Positions 37,845 to 48,309 of a stretch of DNA of 64,000 nt are shown one piece after another. The DNA lies in IMG/VR virus record IMGVR_UViG_3300013426_000001, positions 64,001 to 128,000 of that record; one strand, given 5' to 3'. The position numbers and the translations under genes are program-made. This stretch comes from a virus. Its lineage: Duplodnaviria > Caudoviricetes. Positions within the stretch are counted from its first letter, which is position 1, and each line of letters begins with the position of its first letter. The notes under the pieces were generated by a model. That model searched no databases, was not told where the DNA came from, and worked only from the letters and a program-made list of their open reading frames with translations.

Positions 37845-38234
37845 ATGAAACTTATTGAAGTGTTAAACGCGAGAAAAGTAATTGCAAGCAAAGCACAGGC
37901 AAAAGGTGTAAACTTCGGAACTTCGTTCAAGTTTATGAAGTTTATTAAAGCAACCGATGAAGACGAAAAGTTCTACAACGAAAAGAGAGACGAGCTTATT
38001 AAAAGTCTTGCTATGAAGGACGATAACGGCGAATTCGTTATTGAAAACAATCAATACAAATTTACAGATGAAAATTTTGCAGAAATCAATAAGCAACTTA
38101 ACGAACTTGCGGCAACCGAAGTTGAAATTCCCGATAAAATGAAATTTACCGAACAAGAACTCGACAAGATGGAATTCACCATTGAAGAAGTTGCCGCTAT
38201 TTATGAACTTTTAAAATTGGACGAAAATGAATAA
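37845..38234 (+). CDS. acidic helical phage protein (DUF1617-like)
   Basis: size and pattern; SD. Confidence 0.5.
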   Translation: MKLIEVLNARKVIASKAQAKGVNFGTSFKFMKFIKATDEDEKFYNEKRDELIKSLAMKDDNGEFVIENNQYKFTDENFAEINKQLNELAATEVEIPDKMKFTEQELDKMEFTIEEVAAIYELLKLDENE

Positions 38235-38955
38235 CGATAGTTCACGTGACATTCGCAATATCACAAAATTAAACAAAGATGGCACAACGACACAAATACA
38301 GGTAGATTGGAATAAATTGCCTTGCAGCAAATGCGAGCGGAGATACCATTTCACCTGCCCGAAAGATTGCTGGAATAAAAAAGGAGAGTACTGTGTATAT
38401 TGAAGATAGTAGGATTCATGTTTATTCTCGTGACTGTAATTATTGTCATTATTACGAATGTAATCAAGATTGTGAAAAATGTTCGAATTTCGACGGATTT
38501 GACGAAAAAACGCAAAAGCAAATCTGCGCCTGCGAAGAAAAAGTGATTACAAAATTTGCTGGTTCTTCGTGCCCGTGCTTCAAAGAAAACTGGGATTAAC
38601 AAAAACCACAAAAAACCACATTTTTGCAATAAAATGCCGATAATCGTTCTATTTTATCATTTATCGACATAATAAGCAAAATAGACACGATTTATAACAT
38701 ACGGCGTAAATAACGCGATTATCGATATTTTTGGAGTAAAAAATGAAAAAAATTAAAATTTCTTATTCAATAGTAATGGAAGATGATGTTTACGAACAAT
38801 TCAAAAATGGATTGGGGATAACAAGTAATGCAGAGCTTTTGGGATATATAAAAGGAGTAACGAAGCAGCAGGAAAACGAGTTTGCTAAAATTGACGACAT
38901 CGTAGTTATACTTCCCGACGAACCGTATATTCCCAAAAATTAAAAAAAATTTAGA

Positions 38956-39002
38956 AAAACCTGTTTCAAACGCTTGACAGGTTTTCTTTTTTATGCTATA
39001 AT
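38956..39002 (+). promoter_or_regulatory. fused terminator / sigma-A promoter
   Basis: AAAACCTGT...ACAGGTTTT plus T tract over TTGACA-17-TATAAT. Confidence 0.75.
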
Positions 39003-39033
39003 TCACCTATCAAATCAAGGAGAAGAAGAAACA

Positions 39034-41015
39034 ATGGAAATCGAAGTAACATACAAAGTTAAAGTGAGCGACCGAATCATCGGTTGTTTAATGCAGGACA
39101 GCGACCATCCTGACAGGAAAAGCGTGATGGAATACCTGAAACAATGTCAAGTCGACTTGATAGAAGATGTCTACGACCACGGCGACGAATTAGAAATCGT
39201 AAGCGTTGAAGCGAAAAGCATCGAGGAGGAAGAGAAGTGAAAATTCTGAAGAAAATATTCGTGACGTTTTTAGCGATAATTTTACTCCCATTTTATCTTT
39301 TATCGGTAATGGGGATGGTTGTTTTGGGAGCGTTTATCGGCGTTTATCTCGCATTCGTAAAATCGATAACTCTCATTAAGAGCGCGTGGGACGGAACGTT
39401 CAAGTGGAAAGACTTATTAGGAGATTTGGAAGATGGCAAATTTTGATAAATATGACAGCGCGTTTGATTACGCAATAGATAAAGCGGCAGAAGAAAGAGA
39501 AAAACTTAAAGAAACCCAAAGACTTCAAATCGATTATGACGTAATGAAGAATCTTGTTTATATCAACGGTGTTGAATGCACCCCGAAATCTTTTTTCGCT
39601 TTTACGGCAAATCTCGTTCAGTTATACTGCGAGACGATTTATGCAGTTGAAACACGTTCGTTCGCGATTACTACGACGAGTAAAGAAATACCCGACGGAA
39701 GGAATCTCGTAAATCACCTTAAATTTTACACTTATCTCGACGGTGGTGTAAGAGTGATCGGAGAATTCACCAACGAAATCAGTGATACGATAGAATTCGA
39801 CAGAACGTTCAAAAACGGTTCGATGATTGTTCATTATTTCGTTGAAAAGAGCGAGCAAATCGCAAGGAGCGCGGTTTTAGGATGATAAAAGATATGGTTT
39901 ATTACATAGGATTCAGATATAACAAACTTTACGTCGGAGAATTACCGATTGAAAAGGAAACGGATAAGTTATATTATCTCAATCGGATTTCCAACGTTTT
40001 AGGCGATGTAAGAATTCTTAAAAAGTCAGAAGAAAACATAATCAACGACAAAGCAAGTTGGACAACCGACGCTGCGATTTTCGATAAGCTCAAAAGAGCA
40101 TTTGTACTCAGCCGTAAACAATCGCTTAAAGGCACGATAGCTGCCGACAAAGAAATGCTTCGCAGACTCATTAAAGATGCACGCGAACTTAAAATCAAAA
40201 TATAGGAGAACCAAAATGAGATTTCTTAAAGAAGACACGATAGTTTTTGAAAAAGATAACTACACTGACGAATCCGCTCTTCAAACTGCAATTTCGGAAA
40301 CGGTAAAACACTTAATGGAAAACAATTACGCCGCACTCGTACATTGTGACGAACCCTCAATGGGGATTTACTGCGTTTCCTATGCATATGAATGGAATGC
40401 AGCAAACGAATTCGGGGACGACCGTTATATGCTCGTAACGGCAGACGAGGCGGAAGATTTGCTTGCTCAAAGAGAGGAGAAAGAGATAACTCATTCGGAG
40501 GACCGAAATGGCGGCATCGAATAAAAAAGAAGTGCTTGTTATGGTTTTGCGCCCGACGATTTTTAAAGTTGAAGCGAATGGCTTTGAAGATGCGAAAAAG
40601 ACGATAATTAATCAGCTCGTCACTTCGGGACAAATGAAGCCCAGCGACCCGATAGAATTCAGAGAGATGATCGATTATGAATTAAAAAGTGAAACAGAAG
40701 AAAATAAACAGAAGGAGAAAGAAGATGATAACGGCAGCGAAAGCGAAGATAATCACGGAACGACAGGAAGTTAAAGACAGAGCAAACCGAGTAATAGAGG
40801 CAATAGCAAAAGACATAGAGAAACGTGCGACGATAGGTTGTAGAGAACTCGTGATTCGTATGGACGGGATAGGAAAATATTTCACGTTCAAGGAAAGGGT
40901 TTTCGGAGACGTAAGTCTTTTGTGGGAGGGAGTTCGCCCCTTAGTCGAGAAAAGATTCAGGGAAGCAAATTTCGCCATTAACGGTGGGCAATATGGATTT
41001 ACCATTTCGTGGTAA
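39034..41015 (+). other. operon of seven small overlapping hypothetical genes (39034-39240, 39237-39446, 39433-39885, 39882-40205, 40216-40524, 40508-40774, 40725-41015)
   Basis: tightly coupled ORFs with SD sites. Confidence 0.65.
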
Positions 41016-41029
41016 AAGGAGGTAACGAA

Positions 41030-41272
41030 ATGAAACTGGATATATTTTTAGGTGATATGGCGAAAGTTAAAGAATTTGTCGCAATAGCGCAATCGGTTAA
41101 GCAAGACACGATTCTGCATAGCGGTAAATACGCGGTCGATGCGAAGTCGATAATGGGTGTTTTCAGCTTGGATTTAAGTAACCCACTCGTGCTTGAAGTT
41201 GGATTTGATGACTCAACAACAATGGCAGAGATGAGCGAAACGATGGATAAATTTTTAGTATTTGAGGCATAA
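41030..41272 (+). CDS. HPr-family phosphocarrier-like protein
   Basis: VDAKSIMGVFSLDLS (Ser46 motif); no His15 motif. Confidence 0.8.
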   Translation: MKLDIFLGDMAKVKEFVAIAQSVKQDTILHSGKYAVDAKSIMGVFSLDLSNPLVLEVGFDDSTTMAEMSETMDKFLVFEA

Positions 41273-41775
41273 AATGGATGCGTCAGAGATAATTTGTTTA
41301 GTGATAGCAAGCGTGGTTTCAATTTTTTTTGTAACCATAATAATGCTTCTGCGTAAATGGAATCACGAAGATGATAGCAAAGAACAAACATTCAAAGGAA
41401 GCATGATAATTTTCCCTAAATGTGAAGAAATTCAACCGTTCATTATTTATGGGGATTGGTATTACAAACCACAAAATAATTGCTGGTATAATAAAGGGAA
41501 AGCCTATCCAGCGGATATATGCCAGATTATAGAAGAGAAAGATAAGATATGAATAAATGTGAGTTTTGCACCGCTTCGGTTAATCAAAACGGGCGCTTCG
41601 TTTGTACCGCGGATGATAAAAATAATCGTCATTATAAATGCGAGTTTGCACTTGACAGAATGCTCAAAGTGATGGAATTTCAGGCTAACAGCCGTAATAC
41701 TAAAAACTATAACATTAACAAGCACACAGAAAACAGAAATCGATGATTGAAAATCACGAAGTCAATTAAAAACGC

Positions 41776-41804
41776 TTGACAAACGTCAAGTAATGTGGTA
41801 TAAT
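41776..41804 (+). promoter_or_regulatory. sigma-A promoter
   Basis: AAAACGC-TTGACA-17-TATAAT. Confidence 0.85.
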
Positions 41805-41830
41805 AGAGGCACAATCAGAAAGGTAGTTAT

Positions 41831-42394
41831 ATGGATTACACGATTAGTTACGAGAAAGACATACAAACCAGGCTCGACAGGAACGAGAAGTTACTGTGGT
41901 CTAAAACCACACAGATCGCCGACTTACAATACGAAGCCGAGTTGATTGCCAACGCTTCTATCGAGATTATTCGCGGAATCCGCGATCATGTTCAGGCGAC
42001 CGATTTGCACAAAATATGGCTTGACTTTGACCACGATAAAGGTAAATTCAAACCCGATGGGAAAGACAGCAAAGCAATGTTTAAATTCATCGAGGAAAAT
42101 TACGTGTTTGACGGAGAAGTCCCGAAAGACGTGAAGTTGAAAGGTATAACCCTGTATGGGTATTGTTGGGCGTTGTGGCTCGATTACGTCAGAGGTGGTA
42201 AAGAGTTTAGAATAGCTCTCCCCTGTTATAAAAACGTGAACAAGGAAAATTACAAAAGTTTGAGTTACGAGATTATGACGGTCGACGGTTGCTCTTGCAC
42301 GGTCGTATTCAGCACAATGTTTCTTTCGGAGCTAAAAGACGGCGTTACGAAATTCTTGAATGGAGATATCGGGAATGAATATGGGAACGAATAA
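41831..42394 (+). CDS. hypothetical protein
   Basis: ORF after promoter. Confidence 0.7.
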   Translation: MDYTISYEKDIQTRLDRNEKLLWSKTTQIADLQYEAELIANASIEIIRGIRDHVQATDLHKIWLDFDHDKGKFKPDGKDSKAMFKFIEENYVFDGEVPKDVKLKGITLYGYCWALWLDYVRGGKEFRIALPCYKNVNKENYKSLSYEIMTVDGCSCTVVFSTMFLSELKDGVTKFLNGDIGNEYGNE

Positions 42395-42650
42395 AAGAGA
42401 ACTCGCAAAACTGAAAAAGTGGACAGATACCTTAACAGACGAGCAGCTCAAAAAAGAGTATCACGACGCGGTGTTCGATACGCTCGGAAGTCAAACAGAA
42501 GAAATGTATGAACGCGGTTACGATGTTGTGGACATACAGGGAAGAGAGGAATATGAAAGGTGGCTTTCGAGGCGGAGTGATATGCTTGAAGAGATTTGTC
42601 GGAAAAGAGGAATCGAATTATGGGAAGAATACGCTGAGGAGAAAAGATGA
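42381..42650 (+). CDS. hypothetical protein
   Basis: ORF in operon. Confidence 0.65.
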   Translation: MGTNKRELAKLKKWTDTLTDEQLKKEYHDAVFDTLGSQTEEMYERGYDVVDIQGREEYERWLSRRSDMLEEICRKRGIELWEEYAEEKR

Positions 42651-43024
42651 TAGGCGGAACTTTATTGATAAGATGTGAGAAAGAGGATTTTCAAAAATTC
42701 GTGGGAAACCATTCGGATTTGCAAAGCCGATATGATGAGAATTTCCCGTCTGGAATTGATTACTCGATGGCTTATGATGAAGAGCTTGATGGTATAATCT
42801 TCGAATATGAATCAAATTTAACCAACAGATGGAACGACGAAAATCGGTCTAAACTTTTAAAGAGAATCGAAGTTTGGCTCGCACTCGGGCAAGTAGTTGA
42901 AATGAATAGATGGTGGATTGACGAACGTTACGAAGAAAACGTCGGGTTAAGAGATATGGCAAAAAATGATACCGAAGTTATGAGAAAGTGGAAGAAGTTC
43001 CATAGAGAAATGGTGTTGGGATGA
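42647..43024 (+). CDS. hypothetical protein
   Basis: ATGA overlap. Confidence 0.65.
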   Translation: MIGGTLLIRCEKEDFQKFVGNHSDLQSRYDENFPSGIDYSMAYDEELDGIIFEYESNLTNRWNDENRSKLLKRIEVWLALGQVVEMNRWWIDERYEENVGLRDMAKNDTEVMRKWKKFHREMVLG

Positions 43025-43173
43025 TATCAATTTGATATCGGAGTGATGTATATTATATATCATATTTATATCTTATAGAAAGAGGAAGGAAAGGGAATGG
43101 TAGTCAGAAGTGGTCGGAAAGGGATGAAAATGGTTAACACTCTCTTTTTCTTTTAATCCAAAAAGAGGAAAAA

Positions 43174-44013
43174 ATGTACAGACAAGGACTTACCTCAATC
43201 TCGGCACCCCCTGAGATTTACAACCAAATATGCAAACAAATATCACAAAATGCAACAATCGAAAGTGAAATTACAGCCAAGCAAACCGTAATTTTCTCGA
43301 CAGTTCGTCCAATAGGTTTCCTATACAAGCAAATCGAAGGTAGAACTGCATTGCGTTTAGCCTTAAAGCAAATGATTTACGAGCGTATAGACGAAATAAC
43401 AGGCGAAGTCAAATACTTCCTAACGCTTGAAACAGGCTATCGTTTCGGTAAACCGCCAGTCTATGTTATCACAGACGATGCAGAGATATCCGCCGCCCGA
43501 TACAGTGAATACCTTACGCTAACGCCCTATAGCAGTTTCCAACGCAAAGAGACGACTTTTATCGATAAGGCGACAGGGCGCAAATACGTAATGAGTTACA
43601 CATACGACGGGAGCATAATCACGTTCAATCAATTCTCAAAGAATGTAAACGAGAACTTCGATTTGCCAGAATATATAAAGTCGGTGATTTATGCAGACGG
43701 AGACAAGTGGGAGCAGAACTTCCACGTAGTTCAAGCCAAATGGCGTGAGAAGCAAGAAGCGGACATAGCGGCGAAGAAAGCTGCGATTCAAGCGAAGAAA
43801 GACGCGGAGGCGGAGGAGCGCAAGCGCAAAGCAGCCGAGAAAAAGAAGGCTCAGGCGGCGGCTAAGAAGGCGAAGCCTTTATCAAAAACGACAAGGAAGA
43901 TTACAGAAAGTGATAAACCCAAACCAAAGACTTCCAAGCCTGTTCCAGAGAAAAAGAAGAAAGAGGAGACTGTAACAGACATGTGGAGCAATTGGAGTAA
44001 AGGTAAAAAATAG
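43174..44013 (+). CDS. hypothetical protein with Lys/Ala-rich C-terminus
   Basis: 279-aa ORF, GAGG SD. Confidence 0.7.
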   Translation: MYRQGLTSISAPPEIYNQICKQISQNATIESEITAKQTVIFSTVRPIGFLYKQIEGRTALRLALKQMIYERIDEITGEVKYFLTLETGYRFGKPPVYVITDDAEISAARYSEYLTLTPYSSFQRKETTFIDKATGRKYVMSYTYDGSIITFNQFSKNVNENFDLPEYIKSVIYADGDKWEQNFHVVQAKWREKQEADIAAKKAAIQAKKDAEAEERKRKAAEKKKAQAAAKKAKPLSKTTRKITESDKPKPKTSKPVPEKKKKEETVTDMWSNWSKGKK

Positions 44014-44164
44014 AAATTCCATTCTTGATTAAAGCAAATCTTTGGGGCGGCGGAGCCGAGCCAACGCCCTTGGAGGGTGGGAGGGAACCTTGGGGCGGCA
44101 CAAGGTGCCCTCTGAAAGCGAAGAATAAAAATCGAAATAATTCTAAGAAAGTCAATTAAAATGC

Positions 44165-44193
44165 TTGACAAAAGAAATTAATTATGGTATAAT
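44165..44193 (+). promoter_or_regulatory. sigma-A promoter
   Basis: TTGACA-17-TATAAT. Confidence 0.85.
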
Positions 44194-44288
44194 AAAAGCA
44201 GATAGTGGAGGAGTGGGTGACGGGTTTGTCCCGCCGCCCATAAAAACGTATTTCAAATGCACCACCTTTTTTTGCAAAATTGCAGGAA

Positions 44289-44415
44289 TTATCGGAGATT
44301 TTGAGAAAATCTCGTCACTAAAATTTCTATAAAGGTAAACCTAGACTCTTATTATAGAAAAAATAGTGATGAGTTTTTTCGAAAATCGCAGATTTTATCG
44401 GAGATTTTGAGAAAA
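44289..44415. repeat. 21-bp direct repeats flanking an imperfect inverted repeat
   Basis: TTATCGGAGATTTTGAGAAAA at 44289 and 44395; inverted repeat 44311-44331/44353-44373. Confidence 0.8.
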
Positions 44416-44441
44416 AAGTAGGGTTTTTTAAGGAGAAAACT

Positions 44442-45794
44442 ATGGAAGCAAACGAGCGAAGCGAGTTAATACAGTTTCAGGGAAACAGCGATGAGAAATC
44501 AAAATGTGAAATAAAATTCACATTAGCGGAAGAGAAAAGAAGGAAAGAAGAAGAGAAACAAAAACAAGATGAGATAAGAGATAAACTTATTAAAAGAAGA
44601 TTGCGTAAGACGAAAATCAAAGACAACTTATTTTCGTATGAAGAGCTGTGTGATATATTCTGTTCCGAACCAACAAGAAGCATGGATAGTCGTAAAAGTC
44701 AATTCAAAGACTGGGAAAGATTTTGCGACATTGAAAAGGTAGATCGGAAGTACCATTTGTCGAACATTAAAAAAGACCCGCCGCCAGATTTGCATAAATC
44801 AGAAGTGAAACAGCATATCGCAAACGTCTTGTATTTGTATATGTATTTGCATCCCGATTCCAAAAGAGAAGACGGGAGAATTACTTTATCGAGAAGAGAG
44901 CTTTATTGGATACTCGGATACGTGAATTCTAATTATTTTGGAAACAATGAAGAATTGAAATATATCAAAGACAACTACCCGACAATTTGGACAGAGTATA
45001 ACGCGAAGCTTATCGGATATATGAACGCGCAAATTGCATCGGCTTTTTCGACGTTAAGAAATAAAAGAATAATCGACGAATTAGACGGATACCAGTTTTG
45101 GTTAGAGGGTAAAGAAGGTTGGATAGCAGTAAACGACGATACCGATTCAGATAAGATAGCGCAATTGTTATCTTGCGAGAAGATGGTTTTAGAACAAATG
45201 GCGGCGGAAAATTATAATGAGCAGTTAAAGAAATGGAACGAATGTGAAAGCCCGAATAAGGGGCAATGGAAGCCCGAACGCAGAACGTTCGATATGGGGT
45301 ATATCTTCGCAACAGGGCAGTACGAGATTTTTAAAAGAAGAACTTGCGAATTGTATAAAAAACATTTTAAGCTTGCATTACGAGATTATCGAAGAGTGTA
45401 TAAAGTTTATGTGCTGAGGCATTATCTCGGAGAACAACTCAAAGAGAATTTAGGAGAAGAATTTGTAAAAGACGCGCAGAAATTATTTAAAGAGGAACAG
45501 ATTAAAATAAACCAAAAAACAACAGTCAAAAATTTGGAATCTAAACACAGGTTGGCGGCGGAACGAGAAAATATGAATGAACTTCAACTCAAAATCTTAG
45601 ATAACGAGAGCGGGTTTAGAAAAGTCACGGTTTTTAAAAGAGAGCAGAGAAAATACGACGAGGTTTTGAATAAATGCCCCGAAGCACTTTTACAGATCGG
45701 AACAGAAAAAGAAAAGATAATTACCGATAAATATATCGAGATTTTTAAAGATATCACAGAGAAGCTCATTAAAATATATCCTACGAAGTTATGA
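44442..45794 (+). CDS. large basic hypothetical protein (possible replication or DNA-binding protein)
   Basis: 450 aa; follows origin-like repeat structure. Confidence 0.6.
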   Translation: MEANERSELIQFQGNSDEKSKCEIKFTLAEEKRRKEEEKQKQDEIRDKLIKRRLRKTKIKDNLFSYEELCDIFCSEPTRSMDSRKSQFKDWERFCDIEKVDRKYHLSNIKKDPPPDLHKSEVKQHIANVLYLYMYLHPDSKREDGRITLSRRELYWILGYVNSNYFGNNEELKYIKDNYPTIWTEYNAKLIGYMNAQIASAFSTLRNKRIIDELDGYQFWLEGKEGWIAVNDDTDSDKIAQLLSCEKMVLEQMAAENYNEQLKKWNECESPNKGQWKPERRTFDMGYIFATGQYEIFKRRTCELYKKHFKLALRDYRRVYKVYVLRHYLGEQLKENLGEEFVKDAQKLFKEEQIKINQKTTVKNLESKHRLAAERENMNELQLKILDNESGFRKVTVFKREQRKYDEVLNKCPEALLQIGTEKEKIITDKYIEIFKDITEKLIKIYPTKL

Positions 45795-45803
45795 GGCGGA
45801 GAT

Positions 45804-46397
45804 ATGGAAGAAGAAATAAAATTTTATTTACACATTAAAAAGCAATTTTTCCCCAAAAACAAAAATATTGAAAATGAATATGGGATATTTTCAATTGACA
45901 AAGCTTTTACGTGGGATAATTGGCTGAACAAATTTACAAAAAGCAGTATAAATATCTTAAAGGGATATTTTAAAACAATAAAACAAGATGTGTATTACGT
46001 TGTCACGGGATATTTAAAAGCCGATGACGAACATAAATTAATTTTATTTGCAAATGAATGTTATGAAATTAAAGGGGTTACAACCCCTATAGAATATGTA
46101 ACCAAAGAAAATTTGTGTTTACCTCAATTAGTGGGCAATAAAATGTGGAAAGGCTGTAAAACAAACAGAATAAGAGCCGAAGAAGACGCTAATTCAGGGG
46201 AACCAAGCAGGCAAAAGCAATTGCATAGAGAATACAACGATTTAAAAAGGCAAGCACGAGCCGAAGTCTATGCTGAACTTGGGATAAGAACTTATCTTGA
46301 TATGCGACAAGTTTTGGAAGGTTGGGTTGAGGATAGATATAAACAAAAACTCAAAGAAGCAAGAGAAAAATCTAAAAACATCTCCTCAGACGCTTGA
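45804..46397 (+). CDS. hypothetical protein, N-terminus resembling RecD2 N-terminal domain
   Basis: FFPK..YGIF..LKG....YYVVTG pattern like IYPK..WGLL..FKG....YYFEVE of 34158. Confidence 0.5.
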   Translation: MEEEIKFYLHIKKQFFPKNKNIENEYGIFSIDKAFTWDNWLNKFTKSSINILKGYFKTIKQDVYYVVTGYLKADDEHKLILFANECYEIKGVTTPIEYVTKENLCLPQLVGNKMWKGCKTNRIRAEEDANSGEPSRQKQLHREYNDLKRQARAEVYAELGIRTYLDMRQVLEGWVEDRYKQKLKEAREKSKNISSDA

Positions 46398-46422
46398 CAA
46401 ACACATTCAAAAGTGATATAAT
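46394..46422 (+). promoter_or_regulatory. sigma-A promoter
   Basis: TTGACA-17-TATAAT. Confidence 0.85.
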
Positions 46423-46471
46423 AGAAATATAAAAGTTAGCCGTTTCGAAATCGACACGGTAAGGAGGCCAA

Positions 46472-47020
46472 ATGAAAACATACGACCGCGAATTTGAACT
46501 CGGCTTTTCAGTATCCGCCGCCCGAGCGATAAATACAATACTCCGTGAAAAACTTATCGTAATCCATCAAGACATCATCCATCAGACCTGGCTTGAAGAA
46601 GGCGAGGTCGGCGATTACAAATTCCGCACGCGAATCCGCAGAACCGAAGTCGCTCGACCCGATATGAACGGTTCGTGGGCTGGAAAATGCGAATTCACGA
46701 CTAAGTATTCAAAGAGCGATGAAACGGCAGCGAAGCAAGATAATATGGAGCTTAACGCCGAAATCCTGCCCGAAGAGTACGAGAAATTGAAGAAAATCTA
46801 CAAGGCGGCGGACAAGGAAGAAGTAACGAAAATCAGGACCTATTTCAGAGAGCCGCTTGATGCGTTCACAATCTACACGCTCGATACTTATCCGAACGAA
46901 GAAGATGACAGAGCGCGCATCGAGATTGAGTTTAGTACGCCCGAAGAAATGAAACGCTGGAAGGCGCCTGGCTGGCTTAAAGAACTTATCGGGAAGAAAT
47001 ATAGCGGGCAAAAGGCTTAA
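46472..47020 (+). CDS. CYTH-domain (triphosphate tunnel) protein
   Basis: EFE, RIRR, TTK, KIR, LDTY, EIEF pattern. Confidence 0.7.
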   Translation: MKTYDREFELGFSVSAARAINTILREKLIVIHQDIIHQTWLEEGEVGDYKFRTRIRRTEVARPDMNGSWAGKCEFTTKYSKSDETAAKQDNMELNAEILPEEYEKLKKIYKAADKEEVTKIRTYFREPLDAFTIYTLDTYPNEEDDRARIEIEFSTPEEMKRWKAPGWLKELIGKKYSGQKA

Positions 47021-47040
47021 CCGCCGCCCAAAGGAATTAT

Positions 47041-47313
47041 ATGGCAAAAAAGAAACCAGACCAACTTTGTTGGGATTGCAAACGAGCTGTTAATTGCGAA
47101 CCCTTGACTTGCCCATGGGCAGCGTTGGGAAAACCAGTCGACGGTTGGGAAGCAGAGAAATCAGAATTTAACGATTGGGAAGGCAACTCAAAAATTAAGG
47201 TGCAAACGTACACTATAACTAAATGTCCTCTTTTCATTCAGGATCGAACCGAAACTGCAAGTGTAGCTAAACTGTGGGAGGGCACGGGTAAAATTTGGTG
47301 GATGCTCGATTAA
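47041..47313 (+). CDS. Cys-rich protein, paralog 1
   Basis: LCWDCKR..CPWA..GKPVDGW..CPLFIQD. Confidence 0.7.
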   Translation: MAKKKPDQLCWDCKRAVNCEPLTCPWAALGKPVDGWEAEKSEFNDWEGNSKIKVQTYTITKCPLFIQDRTETASVAKLWEGTGKIWWMLD

Positions 47314-47341
47314 AATAAATCGCACATCAAAAGGAATAATT

Positions 47342-47791
47342 ATGGAAAGTAAACCGATTAAACTAACTAAGAGCAATGGGCGCAAGAAATATAACATCTA
47401 CGCTGACACACTCTGCTGGAACTGTAAACGATGCACCAACCCCGATTCTTATCCTTGCTCGTGGGCGGAAAGTGGCAAACCTATCGAAGGCTGGACCGCC
47501 GCCGAAGGAAGAGAATTCTTTCACTATCTCCCGACGGGCGAAAAGGTAAGTATGGGGTTCTCCTACGTGGTAACAGATTGTCCGCTGTTCATCCAAGACA
47601 AACCGTTTTCCACCTACGCAGAGGGGTGCGCATGGGTCGCCGACGCTCTTAACGTCGATATCAGTACCGTCGTCAATAAGCCAAGGCAATACTTCCGCAA
47701 ATACGAGGAAATTTATGGCAAAAAGCTTCCGTATTGGCTCATGAATCATAGCGAGGAGAAGACATTTTTTCCAAATAATCCGAACAATTAA
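47342..47791 (+). CDS. Cys-rich protein, paralog 2
   Basis: LCWNCKR..CSWA..GKPIEGW..CPLFIQD. Confidence 0.7.
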   Translation: MESKPIKLTKSNGRKKYNIYADTLCWNCKRCTNPDSYPCSWAESGKPIEGWTAAEGREFFHYLPTGEKVSMGFSYVVTDCPLFIQDKPFSTYAEGCAWVADALNVDISTVVNKPRQYFRKYEEIYGKKLPYWLMNHSEEKTFFPNNPNN

Positions 47792-47818
47792 AATTTTTCA
47801 AAAAGTGCATAAAAACAC

Positions 47819-47847
47819 TTGACAAATCTATAAAGAAGTGGTATAAT
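47819..47847 (+). promoter_or_regulatory. sigma-A promoter
   Basis: TTGACA-17-TATAAT. Confidence 0.85.
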
Positions 47848-47895
47848 GTATTCGTGAACTAAAGATGATATTCGATATCGTCAAAGGAGAACTAT

Positions 47896-48132
47896 ATGAA
47901 ATATTACAGTGAAAGACTCAATCGTTTATATGACACCGAAGAGGAACTTTTTAGAGCGGAACGTATCTTAGATGGTGTCTGCGGGCAAAAAGAAAAAACT
48001 GCCCGCCGCCCGAATCACGATGATTTTTCTCGTCCCGCCACTACATCTTCCAAGATTAACAGCAATCATTCAAGCACTGATGATACTGCTTTTAGAGCAG
48101 CGATTATACTTTTGTTGCTGAATTATTTTTAA
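47896..48132 (+). CDS. hypothetical protein
   Basis: AGGAG SD after promoter. Confidence 0.6.
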   Translation: MKYYSERLNRLYDTEEELFRAERILDGVCGQKEKTARRPNHDDFSRPATTSSKINSNHSSTDDTAFRAAIILLLLNYF

Positions 48133-48264
48133 GCTCACACCAGGCGGCGGGAAAAGAAATTAAGTCCATTTGACTATCACCTCACTATGTAAGCAAAAAG
48201 AATTAAGCAAAACAGACAGAGAGAAATAATCATCCATTTTGCAAGAACCTCCTACCGCCGCCTC

Positions 48265-48300
48265 GAAACCCTGATCGAAAGATTGGGGTTTCTTTTTTTT
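48265..48300 (+). terminator. intrinsic terminator
   Basis: GAAACCCTGATC-GAAA-GATTGGGGTTTC plus T tract. Confidence 0.8.
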
Positions 48301-48309
48301 ATCCAAAAT

